64,000 nt of DNA from Candidatus Magasanikiibacteriota bacterium (GTDB taxonomy: Bacteria > Patescibacteriota > Patescibacteriia > Magasanikbacterales > UBA922). Below, piece after piece: positions 41,490 through 50,908 of this stretch. A model generated the notes under the pieces. That model ran no database searches and was not told where the DNA came from. It was given only the letters and a program-made list of their open reading frames with translations. Every line of letters begins with the position of its first letter. The stretch's first letter is position 1. A program made the translations under genes and the position numbers. The stretch covers positions 26,604 to 90,603 of the forward strand of contig DOMK01000001.1 in NCBI GenBank assembly GCA_003510435.1, given 5' to 3'.

Positions 41490-41718
41490 AATAATCAACT
41501 TGACTAGCTTTACTTTTTAAAGCTTCTACTTTGTCTGAATAATTTTCAAAATATACTAATTTGTTTCTTTTGTATTTTTTAGACAAAGCATTATCATAAG
41601 TACCATCTTTATGTTGTTTACCTCTTTTTATTAAACTATCGGTATATCCCACTTATAAAACATTGTATATACTCGCCATAATATAAATATAAGAAGTTCT
41701 ACTCCTTAATAATTTCAT
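41482..41718 (-). pseudogene. GIY-YIG nuclease pseudogene
   Basis: MKLLRSRTSYIYIMASIYNVL*VGYTDSLIKRGKQHKDGTYDNALSKKYKRNKLVYFE...; TAA at 41653-41655; 3'-truncated paralog of 47930-48274. Confidence 0.85.
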
Positions 41719-41783
41719 ACAAAAGTTATGTATAAGAAAGACCCCTCCTCACTCTTTCAAGTTCGTTCGGGGTGGTGCAGTGA

Positions 41784-42335
41784 CTATATTGGTGTAGACG
41801 AAGTAATAACACCCTCAAGATTATCTATTGTATTTTGAATCATTTTTAAAGCATCGGGTAATAATGGCATAAGAATATCAGCCATACCAACAGCATATGG
41901 AGCGACAACGGAATCTTCTATATAATTCATAATAGTGGCTGATAAAGGAAAAATATCTATAAAATATAAAATTAAACCAATGGTAATAACACCTTCAAAA
42001 AATCCTAATATAAGCCCCAGGAAACGATTAATACCTTTTATAAATGGTAGATTAGTCAAGACACTGAGCATTTTATCTACAATCCAAAAACCAAAACCAA
42101 CCAAGCGATTGATAATAACAAAAGCAATAATAAACATTAAAACTTTTGGGCCATTGCCTTCCCAGCCAGTAATTCCCATTAACCAATTGGCCATTGGTTC
42201 ATAATAACGTGAGGCTAAATAGGCACCGAGCACTGTACCCAAGAGTGAACCAAAAGTATGAATTAAACCAAACCAAAAGCCAAACATGGCAAACCCACCA
42301 ATAATGATGAGAAGAATTACGTCAAATAATCCCAT
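41784..42335 (-). CDS. CvpA family membrane protein
   Basis: FDVILLII..GFWFGLI, INRFLGLILGFFEG. Confidence 0.85.
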   Translation of the reverse strand: MGLFDVILLIIIGGFAMFGFWFGLIHTFGSLLGTVLGAYLASRYYEPMANWLMGITGWEGNGPKVLMFIIAFVIINRLVGFGFWIVDKMLSVLTNLPFIKGINRFLGLILGFFEGVITIGLILYFIDIFPLSATIMNYIEDSVVAPYAVGMADILMPLLPDALKMIQNTIDNLEGVITSSTPI

Positions 42336-42340
42336 ATATT

Positions 42341-42406
42341 TTAGGAATTAGGAATAAGGGCTAGAAGCGGGTTTTCTCGCCTCTAGTCCCAATTCCCTAT
42401 TCCTAT
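42341..42406. repeat. TAGGAAT-family palindromic element, copy 3
   Basis: taggaattaggaataagggctagaagcggg...cgcctctagtcccaattccctattccta. Confidence 0.75.
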
Positions 42407-42407
42407 T

Positions 42408-43901
42408 TTATTTCTCCAGTCTAGGAAACAATATCTCACCTTTGTTTATTATACCACCTTCTCTCAATTTTCCCCAGTCGCGTGAAGTATCAGTCGTGCC
42501 TAATTGTTTTAAAATCTTTTCTGCGGTCTCAGGAATTATTGGTAATAAGGCAACAGCAATGTGACGTAAACATTCGGCCAGTTGATAAAGTAAACCAGAA
42601 ATGTCTTCACCTGCTTTGGCTTTTTCCCATGGTTTTTCATCAGTAATAATTTTATCAATTACCGAAACCATAACGTCGATAATTTTGATTGAAGCTTCAA
42701 AATTATAATCTTCTATTGATTTAGGATACCACCCTGGACTCCAGAATTGATTAAATTCCGTTTGTAAAATCCCGTTAAAAACTTTTGGAATTTTACCATT
42801 ACTATATTTCTCTAACATCGTCAAAATTCTACTCGTCAAATTCCCTATTCCATTTACCAAACGGGCTGTGTAAAAATCTTCAAATCTTTCAATAGAAAAA
42901 TCACCGTCTTCATAAGATGGTAAGCCACCAAGCAAAAAATAACGTGTAGCATCTGTGCCATATTTATCAACAATTTTGTATGGCTCAACTACATTACCAA
43001 GGCTCTTGCTCATTTTTTGTCCTTCAGATGTAATAAAACCATGAATAAAGATTTGTTTGGAAGTTGGTAAGCCGGCTGACAACAGCATGGCTTGCCACAT
43101 GGCAGATTGTTGACGTAAATTATCTTTACCAGCCACCTGATAACCTGGCCAAAAATTATTAAAATTATTTTCATCTTCTGGCCAACCTAATGTGGAAATA
43201 TAGTTTATAAGAGCATCAAACCAAACATACATCACATGATCTGGATCATTTGGTACAGGAATACCCCAAGGCATTTTGGCTTTTAATCTAGAAATACTAA
43301 AATCTTCTAGACCACGCTCTACAAAGTTTTTTATTTCTAATTGACGATGAGCAGGTACAACAAATTCTGGATTAGATTGATATAAATCTAAAAGCGATTC
43401 TTGATATTTAGAAAATCTAAAAAAATAATTTTCTTCTTCAATTAATTCAATATTTAAATTTGGATGCACTGGACATTTGTCATCTACCAGTTCTGAATCA
43501 GTTTTTTCCAATTCGCAACCTACACAATATTTTACTTTGTAATTCTTTTTGTAAATATCACCATTCTTTTCACAACGCAACCAAAATTCTTGAGTTGCTT
43601 TGATATGATGTGGGTCGGTGGTACGAATAAAATGAGTATAGCTCAAATTCAAGGCTTGTTTTAGAGCATCAAACTTGGCTGCGTACTCATCACAATATTT
43701 TTGTGGGTCAATACCAAGTTCTTCGGCTTTACGATAAATTTTTAGACCATGTTCATCTGTGCCGGTATTAAAAATTACTTCTTCACCAAGTAATTTATGA
43801 TAACGAGCGATCACATCGGCTTGAATAATTTCCAAAGCAAAACCAATATGCGGTTCGGCATTGACGTATGGTAGGGTGGTTGTTAAATAAAAGTTTTTCA
43901 T
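42408..43901 (-). CDS. metG: Methionine--tRNA ligase
   Basis: PYVNAEPHIG, GTDEHG, YVWFDAL, KMSKS. Confidence 0.96.
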   Translation of the reverse strand: MKNFYLTTTLPYVNAEPHIGFALEIIQADVIARYHKLLGEEVIFNTGTDEHGLKIYRKAEELGIDPQKYCDEYAAKFDALKQALNLSYTHFIRTTDPHHIKATQEFWLRCEKNGDIYKKNYKVKYCVGCELEKTDSELVDDKCPVHPNLNIELIEEENYFFRFSKYQESLLDLYQSNPEFVVPAHRQLEIKNFVERGLEDFSISRLKAKMPWGIPVPNDPDHVMYVWFDALINYISTLGWPEDENNFNNFWPGYQVAGKDNLRQQSAMWQAMLLSAGLPTSKQIFIHGFITSEGQKMSKSLGNVVEPYKIVDKYGTDATRYFLLGGLPSYEDGDFSIERFEDFYTARLVNGIGNLTSRILTMLEKYSNGKIPKVFNGILQTEFNQFWSPGWYPKSIEDYNFEASIKIIDVMVSVIDKIITDEKPWEKAKAGEDISGLLYQLAECLRHIAVALLPIIPETAEKILKQLGTTDTSRDWGKLREGGIINKGEILFPRLEK

Positions 43902-43991
43902 AACATTGATTTCACAGATTAGAAATGATTACACTGATTAAATCTATAAATTTTTTAATAACCTTATTCGTATTATTCTGTTTACTGAATA

Positions 43992-44732
43992 CTACTTACT
44001 GATTACTATTACAAACTCCCCTTTTTCTGAAATATTCATCGCCAATATTTCTTTAATTGTCCCGCGATAAATTGTTTCAAATTTTTTAGTTAATTCACGA
44101 CACACACACATTTGTCTGTCTTCTTCTAAAACTTCAGCCAATTCTCCTAAACATTTTTTTATTCTGTGATTTGATTCATAAAATGCGACTGTGTATTCTG
44201 CCTTCGCCACATCAGCAAAAAAAGTTTTACGACCTTTTTTGTGTGGCGGAAAACCCATGAATACAAATTTGTCGGTTGGAAAGCCTGAAATACTTAAAGC
44301 CGTTATTACTGCACTTGGTCCTGGAATTGGCTCTACTGTGTCATCCTGAGCGGAGCGGAGCGGAGTCGAAGGATCCCCTTCTTCAACAGGGGGATATTTC
44401 GACTTCGCCCTCCGGGCTTCGCTCAATATGACGTTTATGAGTTGGTTTCCTGGATCTGATATACCTGGCGTACCAGCATCAGTTACTAATGCCAAATTTT
44501 TACCTTGTTCCAACAATTCCTTGATCTCACGAACTTTCTTTTCTTCACTATGTTGATGATAAGAAATAGTTTTGGTTTTAATCTCAAAATGATTCAACAA
44601 ATTTAGTGTTACTCTAGTATCTTCACACAAAATAAAATCCACACTTTTTAATATTTTAAGTGCACGTAAAGTGATGTCGCCTAGATTACCAATTGGCGTG
44701 GCGACTATGTATAATTTACCTGTATTTTCCAT
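43992..44732 (-). CDS. rsmI: 16S rRNA C1402 2'-O-methyltransferase with an in-frame insertion
   Basis: VATPIGNLGDIT, CEDTR, DAGTPGISDPG, RELTKKFE. Confidence 0.95.
   Translation of the reverse strand: MENTGKLYIVATPIGNLGDITLRALKILKSVDFILCEDTRVTLNLLNHFEIKTKTISYHQHSEEKKVREIKELLEQGKNLALVTDAGTPGISDPGNQLINVILSEARRAKSKYPPVEEGDPSTPLRSAQDDTVEPIPGPSAVITALSISGFPTDKFVFMGFPPHKKGRKTFFADVAKAEYTVAFYESNHRIKKCLGELAEVLEEDRQMCVCRELTKKFETIYRGTIKEILAMNISEKGEFVIVISK
44339..44433. repeat. REP-like doublet inserted in frame in rsmI
   Basis: tgtcatcctgagcggagcggagcggagtcgaaggatcc...ttcgac...gctcaatatgacg. Confidence 0.85.
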
Positions 44733-44801
44733 GGTTTAATTGTATCAAAAAAGCCCTCTTAAATCAAGGAGCTTTGAATAATTAAAAATATTGATATAGA
44801 A

Positions 44802-45185
44802 TTATATTAATGTTATGTCGCCTAAATAAATATCTTTAGATCTTGGTTTAATAGGAGATTCTGAAAAACAAAATTCAACTTTTACTCTAAATTGATTATT
44901 AGTTTTTGTGAATAATGGTACATCAGTTGTTAGACTGATTATTCCAGCCATTATCCCTCCGTTGCTTTGTATTAGTTGTTCTTTGGTGCCAACAAATTTA
45001 TCTGATGAATTAAGCAAATATGTTTTGAAGTCTTCTTTATCTTTAAAAAAAGCATTTCTAGATAAACTTCCTAAATACATAATGTATTCTCCATTTATCA
45101 TGTCGCGCATATTATCAGAGCTAGAACGCTCTGCATTTTCAATTAAGTCGGCTGGTAACCTGTCAATTTCTAGAAAATCAGACAT
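44802..45185 (-). CDS. Hypothetical protein; start moved to 45185
   Basis: ATG directly after the ferredoxin stop. Confidence 0.5.
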   Translation of the reverse strand: MSDFLEIDRLPADLIENAERSSSDNMRDMINGEYIMYLGSLSRNAFFKDKEDFKTYLLNSSDKFVGTKEQLIQSNGGIMAGIISLTTDVPLFTKTNNQFRVKVEFCFSESPIKPRSKDIYLGDITLI

Positions 45186-45186
45186 A

Positions 45187-45372
45187 TTATTCTTCAATTT
45201 CAATGGCCCCAACTGGACAAGCACCAGCGGCATCTTTAATAGTTTGTTCGTCATCCCCTGGTGGAACGACTTCTACTGCTTTACCATCCTCATCCCATTT
45301 AAAACTGGCTTCAGCCAAGACAATACATGTACCACAGCTGATACATTTTTCTTTGTTTACTTTACACTTCAT
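45187..45372 (-). CDS. Single-cluster ferredoxin
   Basis: CISCGTC...CPVGAI. Confidence 0.9.
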   Translation of the reverse strand: MKCKVNKEKCISCGTCIVLAEASFKWDEDGKAVEVVPPGDDEQTIKDAAGACPVGAIEIEE

Positions 45373-45418
45373 ATTAAATGCTTAAAATGCCTGAAAGGCC
45401 AAAAAGGCTTGAGAGGCT

Positions 45419-45718
45419 TTATAATTTAGTAAGTTCATCAATGTTTAAATCTAGTTCTTTTGTATTTGCGTCAGAAAAATCAGTCGGATTCTCAATTTCT
45501 GTCATCACATTTTCTGGAGTAATATTATGAATAACTATATCATCTACTCGGATATTAGGTGATCTATGACAATGTCCAGTACAAGTACAAATATCTAAAC
45601 AGATTTTATCATTACATTCACCTTTTTGCAAACCAGTCTCCATTTCAATTTTGTGCAATATTGCATCCGAACCTTTGGCAGAACAAGTTATACCTTTGCA
45701 GATTTTTATTTGTTTCAT
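45419..45718 (-). CDS. Thioredoxin-like [2Fe-2S] ferredoxin domain protein; start moved to 45718
   Basis: CKGITC...CTGHC..SPNI. Confidence 0.75.
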   Translation of the reverse strand: MKQIKICKGITCSAKGSDAILHKIEMETGLQKGECNDKICLDICTCTGHCHRSPNIRVDDIVIHNITPENVMTEIENPTDFSDANTKELDLNIDELTKL

Positions 45719-45719
45719 A

Positions 45720-45834
45720 ATCATTCCGAGTGTAGCGAGGAATCCCTTTTCCTTGGGGTTAACATCGGTTTTATTTAATGCTTTTTTTAATGAATCAAAA
45801 AGGGATCCCTCACCCTTCGGGATTCGGGATGACG
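45720..45834. repeat. REP-doublet/MITE-like element, copy C (more diverged)
   Basis: tcattccgagtgtagcgaggaatccc...gggatccctcacccttcgggattcgggatgacg; spacer similar to copies A/B. Confidence 0.8.
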
Positions 45835-45837
45835 GTG

Positions 45838-46524
45838 TCAACCATAATACTTCTCCATATAAAATCTAATCAATTCTTCAATTTCTGGAATGGCTTCGGG
45901 ATCACCCACACCAACTTTTAATTTCTTTTGCACATCTTCCAAATTTTGCGCGCCTTCTAGTACCGCTTCTTCTATATCATGATCAGTAATATTTAGAACT
46001 TTATCAATAATTTTACTTCCAGCTGTCACAATTCTACCGTGTTGTCCAGTTTTACGAAAATAATCATTAACTGCGGCTTGTAAAGCTTTGTCACCCAAGA
46101 CTGAACAGTGTACTTTTCTATCTGGTAAGCCACCAAGCCGAGCTAAAATATCTTGTGGTTTTATTTTTAAAGCGTCTTCGAGTTTCATTCCACCCTTTTC
46201 AACGATCATTTCTGATAAAACCGAAGTGGAGGCAATGGCTGAACCACAACCAAAAGTGCGCCAGCGACAGTCCTTTATTTTTTCACTTTTTTCATCTACT
46301 AAAATCCACAGTACCATTTCATCACCACAAGCTGGCGAACCTACGCGTCCCATTCCATCATATTTAAACTTTTCTTCCTCGCCCTGTTTCATAAAATTTC
46401 GCGGATTAAAAAAATGATCCTTAACAATGTCAGAATACAACCAACCAGAACCATCATTACTGCGGATATCTACCGGTTTAGTTAAATTCTTAGTTTTGGT
46501 TACTTTTTTAATTATTTTTTTCAT
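45838..46524 (-). CDS. iscU: IscU/NifU-type Fe-S scaffold with a C-terminal BFD-like segment
   Basis: GSPACGD, FGCGSAIAS, KVHCS. Confidence 0.9.
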   Translation of the reverse strand: MKKIIKKVTKTKNLTKPVDIRSNDGSGWLYSDIVKDHFFNPRNFMKQGEEEKFKYDGMGRVGSPACGDEMVLWILVDEKSEKIKDCRWRTFGCGSAIASTSVLSEMIVEKGGMKLEDALKIKPQDILARLGGLPDRKVHCSVLGDKALQAAVNDYFRKTGQHGRIVTAGSKIIDKVLNITDHDIEEAVLEGAQNLEDVQKKLKVGVGDPEAIPEIEELIRFYMEKYYG

Positions 46525-46532
46525 AGACTATT

Positions 46533-46614
46533 GGATACTAAATACGAAATTTACAAAAATACGAACTGAGGTGCAATAATTTTTGTAATTTTGTACTTTT
46601 TGTATTTCGTATCC
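46533..46614. repeat. Short-period palindromic element (tacgaa-type)
   Basis: ggatactaaatacgaaatttacaaaaatacgaa / ttttgtaattttgtactttttgtatttcgtatcc. Confidence 0.65.
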
Positions 46615-46616
46615 TA

Positions 46617-47858
46617 TTATTTATACTTAGCATGTTTTTTATTTCCCATTTGTACAGGACTAATTTCCCTTAACTTTTCAACTATGCCCGGCAAATATTT
46701 CATGACATAATCAATATCAGCTTTGGTATTGCAATGCCCAAGAGTAAAACGCAAGCTACCATGAGCATATTCATAAGGTAAACCAAGCGCAGTGAGAACA
46801 TGTGATGGTTCTAGTGAGGTAGAAGTACAAGCTGAACCAGTGGAACAGCAAATGCCATAAGCATCTAAATATAATAACATAGCTTCACCTTCTACATCCA
46901 TAAAAGTGACATTCAAATTATTTGGCAGACGTGAGTTTTCATTTCCCAAAGAGGCGCCGTTCAATTTTATTTTATCAATTTTTTTACTAATTTGGTCGTA
47001 AAAATAATCACGCAATTCAACTAAACGCATGTTTTCATCTTGTCTATTTTCCTGAGCCAATTCTAACGCTTTGGTAAAGCCGACAATTCCAGCTAGATTC
47101 TCTGTACCACTGCGTAAATTCATTTCCTGACCACCACCATAGATAAGTGGCACGATATTCACTCCACGTCGCTTGTAGAGCATTCCTACGCCTTTGGGGC
47201 CATATATTTTGCTAGCATTGAGTGTCAATAGATCCACATGGAGCTTTTCCACGTCCAATTCTAAAACTCCGCCAGCTTGGCAAGCATCTGTATGAAAAAA
47301 TGGATATATAGAATTATTTTCTTTGCGATATTTTAAAATTTCTCTTCCAATATCAGCGATTGGTTCTACCGTACCAATTTCATTATTGGCATACATAATA
47401 GAAATCAAAATTGTGTCAGGACGAATCTCAGCTCGAACTTTTTTTGGTGAAATAAAACCCCGTGAATCTGGTTCTAAATATGTCACAACAAAACTTTCTT
47501 TTTCTAAGTGTTCAATTGGATTTAAAACCGCATGATGTTCAATCTTCGTGGTAATAATATGTTTACCAAAATTTGCGTGTTTTCTAGTCACACCGAATAT
47601 TGCCAAATTATCTGACTCACTACCACCACCAGTAAAAATAATATTGTCTGGTAAAGCATGAATAATCTCTGCGACTTTTCTGTGACAATCATTCAGTTCG
47701 CCATTGGCAACCCGACCTGCTTCATAAAGACTACTCGGGTTACCAAAAATCTTACCATAATATGGCTTCATGACTTTTTCTACTCGTTCATCAACGTAAG
47801 TCGTAGCCGCGTGGTCTAGATAAACAAATTTTTTGGTTTTTGGTTTTGGGGGGAACAT
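46617..47858 (-). CDS. iscS: Cysteine desulfurase; start moved to 47858
   Basis: YLDHAATT, EHHAV, NNEIG, HTDACQ, SKIYGPKG, STGSACTS. Confidence 0.93.
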   Translation of the reverse strand: MFPPKPKTKKFVYLDHAATTYVDERVEKVMKPYYGKIFGNPSSLYEAGRVANGELNDCHRKVAEIIHALPDNIIFTGGGSESDNLAIFGVTRKHANFGKHIITTKIEHHAVLNPIEHLEKESFVVTYLEPDSRGFISPKKVRAEIRPDTILISIMYANNEIGTVEPIADIGREILKYRKENNSIYPFFHTDACQAGGVLELDVEKLHVDLLTLNASKIYGPKGVGMLYKRRGVNIVPLIYGGGQEMNLRSGTENLAGIVGFTKALELAQENRQDENMRLVELRDYFYDQISKKIDKIKLNGASLGNENSRLPNNLNVTFMDVEGEAMLLYLDAYGICCSTGSACTSTSLEPSHVLTALGLPYEYAHGSLRFTLGHCNTKADIDYVMKYLPGIVEKLREISPVQMGNKKHAKYK

Positions 47859-47861
47859 AGT

Positions 47862-48336
47862 ATAAATTAATCTCGAACGAAAAACAGAAAGCGAAGCGAA
47901 CTGTTTTGAGGAGAGATCTTTCTTACCTCTTAATTCTCTACGCGAGTAAAACCCTGCATAATATAAAAATTTTTCTTTACTTGTAAATATAAATCTATCC
48001 AATCTGGATTATCTTTTTCAATTAATTTGATCTTCTTCTCTTTTCTATATTTTTTAATTTGACTTTCTCTTTTTAGAGATTCTTCTTTTGTATAATAACT
48101 TTCAAAATAGACTAACTTATTAGTTTTATATTTTTTAGAAAAAGCATTATCGTATGTACCTGTTTTGTGTTGTCTACCTCTTTTTATAAGACAATCTGTA
48201 TAACCTACATACAATACTTTCGTTATACTTGCCATTATATAGACGTAGTAATTTCTCCTCCTTAAATTGTTCATAGTGAGATTAGTTTTAAGAAAGATCT
48301 CTCGTCGCCCTTCGGGCTCACTCGAGATTAATTTAT
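47862..48336 (-). mobile_element. GIY-YIG cassette bounded by nested inverted repeats
   Basis: 15-bp IR ataaattaatctcga/tcgagattaatttat and inner 15-bp IR gagagatctttctta/taagaaagatctctc. Confidence 0.7.
47930..48274 (-). CDS. GIY-YIG nuclease family protein
   Basis: YYVYIMAS..VLYVGYT..L.KR..QHK..LVYFE..RESQIK..LIEKDNPDW.DL. Confidence 0.92.
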   Translation of the reverse strand: MNNLRRRNYYVYIMASITKVLYVGYTDCLIKRGRQHKTGTYDNAFSKKYKTNKLVYFESYYTKEESLKRESQIKKYRKEKKIKLIEKDNPDWIDLYLQVKKNFYIMQGFTRVEN

Positions 48337-48729
48337 CACTTCACTCAACTTCAATTCACCTAAATACTTAACTAATTTTTCATTAACCATTTTAAAAACT
48401 TTTTGAGAGTCACATTTTCCTTCTTTGGTGCAATGACAGCCTTTTTTTAGACAATTGGTGACAGCATACTCCCCTTCCAGTGCTTCGACAATATTTTTGA
48501 TAGTTAGATTTTTAAATTCATTATTTAGTTGATATCCACCCTGTGCGCCCTTTACTGATTTTACAATCTTGGCTTCACGAAGTTTTTTGGCAATTCTTTG
48601 TAAAAATAAAAAAGATATTTTTGAATCTTTTGAAAAATTTCGTAGACTTAATAATTCCCCACTCTTTGATTTTGTTAGAGCAGAGATGAGTTGGATACCA
48701 TAGTCTACTTCTTTGGTGAATTGCAACAT
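48328..48729 (-). CDS. Rrf2 family transcriptional regulator
   Basis: VDYG, FLQRI..KL, SVKGAQGGY, Cys cluster; heads the isc-like cluster. Confidence 0.9.
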   Translation of the reverse strand: MLQFTKEVDYGIQLISALTKSKSGELLSLRNFSKDSKISFLFLQRIAKKLREAKIVKSVKGAQGGYQLNNEFKNLTIKNIVEALEGEYAVTNCLKKGCHCTKEGKCDSQKVFKMVNEKLVKYLGELKLSEVIN

Positions 48730-48804
48730 ACGTTGAAGTTAAAAGTAAAAAGTTTCCGCCAGAGGACGGATCAGTCTTTGGCTGAAAAAGTATAAAGTAC
48801 TAAA

Positions 48805-48832
48805 ATTATACCACTCTAGTATGATATGTCAA
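48805..48832 (-). promoter_or_regulatory. sigma70 promoter of the rrf2-isc cluster
   Basis: TTGACA-16-TATAAT with TG extension. Confidence 0.65.
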
Positions 48833-48844
48833 GAGAAAATAAAA

Positions 48845-48912
48845 AGGAGTTAGGAATTGGGTATAGAGGCGAGAAAAATTATCCCGCATCTAGTCCTTAC
48901 TCCTAACTCCTT
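48845..48912. repeat. TAGGAAT-family palindromic element, copy 4
   Basis: aggagttaggaattgggtatagaggcg...cgcatctagtccttactcctaactcct. Confidence 0.75.
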
Positions 48913-48926
48913 CTAATAATAAGGAT

Positions 48927-49511
48927 CTATAGAGGAAGCGTTAAATTAATATTATTAATCACTTCGCCACTAGCATTCATAGGTATTACAGGCGGATCAA
49001 AATTCACAGGAAATGGTGTAAGGTCCCCAGTTAAAGTATTATAGTATAGCATCTTATTTTTTCGACCATATTCATACAATTCCATCGTCACTTTCACATC
49101 TTGTTCACAATATTTTTTTATCTCATCAATTTTTCCTTCTTCCCACCATTTTTGGGCTTGGAGACCATCGGCGCTTTTTTCCATTTGCAAAGTGGCTTTG
49201 ACTAGATCATTCAATTTGAAACGAGAGCCAGTAGATTCTCTAACAACTTTTAAAAGATCTAGATGAGGAAATTTCATCAAATCACCCGCATAATATTTAT
49301 CCAAAATTGGCAAATCAAAATGTTCGCTATTATAGCCAATAATCCGTTCAGCTTTTTCTAAAATTGGCCAAAGCTGACCAAGCTCACTTTCCAAAAATGA
49401 TTGATACTTATTTGTTTCATATTCATAAATAGAAACAACTGTCACTTTCAGATTATCAAAATCTCGGATATCACCAATGGTTTCTATGTCTAACACAACT
49501 TCTTTGGACAT
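48927..49511 (-). CDS. RNase H-like / DEDD 3'-5' exonuclease domain protein
   Basis: LDIET, GYNSEHFD, YCEQDV. Confidence 0.8.
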   Translation of the reverse strand: MSKEVVLDIETIGDIRDFDNLKVTVVSIYEYETNKYQSFLESELGQLWPILEKAERIIGYNSEHFDLPILDKYYAGDLMKFPHLDLLKVVRESTGSRFKLNDLVKATLQMEKSADGLQAQKWWEEGKIDEIKKYCEQDVKVTMELYEYGRKNKMLYYNTLTGDLTPFPVNFDPPVIPMNASGEVINNINLTLPL

Positions 49512-49527
49512 AATTTTATAATTTAAC

Positions 49528-49617
49528 GATGCCAATATACGAATGGTACTAATTATACTAATAAATTATTATTAGTTGTGATTAGTATTATTGGTATGAA
49601 TTAGTATATTAGTATCG
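49528..49617. repeat. Short-period palindromic element (tactaat-type)
   Basis: gccaatatacgaatggtactaattatactaat / attagtattattggtatgaattagtatattagtatc. Confidence 0.6.
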
Positions 49618-49621
49618 CAAT

Positions 49622-49975
49622 TTAAGCGACTTTTTTAAAATTAACTTTAAATACTGGTTCATAATCTTTTCCATCTTCATCTTTTATTGCAATACTCTCG
49701 CCTTTCATAAGTTGAGTAATAGCAATATCAGTAATTAATTCAGTGTCAGATTCAATATCAATTTTTAAATCCTCTAACTTAGTAAATTCCGAACCAAAAT
49801 CTCTCCGTACGGCTTCTTCAATTTCCTTTTTCTTGGCGCGCAAAGTTTTTAATTCATCAACCAAATCAGTGTAAGAAGAAGAATTTTTTAAAGCTTCTTT
49901 ATAAGAGGCTTTTATATCTTTTTGTTTTTTCTTGGCCTCTTGCAGGCGGTTAAAAATGGCTTGTAGATCTTGCAT
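49622..49975 (-). CDS. Conserved-looking coiled-coil hypothetical protein
   Basis: 117 aa, YEPVFKVNFKK C-terminus. Confidence 0.65.
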   Translation of the reverse strand: MQDLQAIFNRLQEAKKKQKDIKASYKEALKNSSSYTDLVDELKTLRAKKKEIEEAVRRDFGSEFTKLEDLKIDIESDTELITDIAITQLMKGESIAIKDEDGKDYEPVFKVNFKKVA

Positions 49976-50071
49976 AAAATTTCACAATAAATACATCTTA
50001 TTAATCTTATTAATCTTTGCCCATAAGTACTTAGCAAAGATTTATATGATTTATATGATTTTAAATAAAGA

Positions 50072-50566
50072 TTATAAATATTCTTGACACGCTTTGAAAT
50101 AGTTTTTCAAATATGGATGCTCAGATAAAATTTCTCTGGACCATTTATACTCGACTGATTGTTCATCCAATTTCACATCTTCACTATTTTCAATTTTCAT
50201 GAGAATGGCTGTGCCAAGATAATGAACATTTTCTACAGAAAAAGGATAAAAATGTCTGTCTTCATTACTCCATTCGGCTGTGGAAAAAATTTCTTCAAAA
50301 TATTGAGGTGAAACATAAACTATTTTTCCTTTTATTCCTGTTTCTTTTTCTAAAACTGCCTTTGCACCCTGTTCAATAGTTTCACCATTAAATATTCTTC
50401 CACCTGGCACCCACCACTCGTCTTTGGCTGGATTATTTTTTCTTTTTATCCAAAGGAACTCATTATTTTCATTTTTCAAAATAATGTTGACTGAAACCAT
50501 TGGATAATATTCGACTGTTTTGGCAAAAACTCCAAATGGAGCTTTTCTATCTTTAGGAATTTTCAT
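50072..50566 (-). CDS. NUDIX hydrolase (GDP-mannose mannosyl hydrolase-like)
   Basis: KRKNNPAKDEWWVPGGRIFNGETIEQ, HY. Confidence 0.75.
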   Translation of the reverse strand: MKIPKDRKAPFGVFAKTVEYYPMVSVNIILKNENNEFLWIKRKNNPAKDEWWVPGGRIFNGETIEQGAKAVLEKETGIKGKIVYVSPQYFEEIFSTAEWSNEDRHFYPFSVENVHYLGTAILMKIENSEDVKLDEQSVEYKWSREILSEHPYLKNYFKACQEYL

Positions 50567-50623
50567 AGGCCAGTATTTTAGCACAAAAAAACAAAACCGC
50601 CAAATGGCGGATTGTTTATTATT

Positions 50624-50878
50624 CTATTCTAACCAAGCGGGCATTTTTTTGATATAATTTTCCGCAGCAATTTGGGCTTCTTCCTCGGACAAACCAAGTT
50701 CACCCACAAAATAAAAATCTCGACTGCCAGAAATTATATCTTCTTTTGGCCAGAGTTCGCCAGTTTCATCACACACACAATACAGGCACAAATTCCATTT
50801 GGTATTATTTTTTCGAGCTCTATTATCTTTGTCTAAAGGTAAACCACAAGAATCACATTTTATTTCTTCCTGCATCAT
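50624..50878 (-). CDS. Zinc-ribbon protein
   Basis: CDSCGLPL...CLYC...MPAW. Confidence 0.7.
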   Translation of the reverse strand: MMQEEIKCDSCGLPLDKDNRARKNNTKWNLCLYCVCDETGELWPKEDIISGSRDFYFVGELGLSEEEAQIAAENYIKKMPAWLE

Positions 50879-50908
50879 ATTTTTGCAAGTTAAATTTAAT
50901 ATAATTTA

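Noticed and set aside
47859-48002. Long N-terminal extensions in the ORF track (iscS; also mreB, atpA, atpH, mrdA, 45841, 60658)
   Set aside because: They run through repeat elements or upstream genes; family motifs begin at downstream ATGs.
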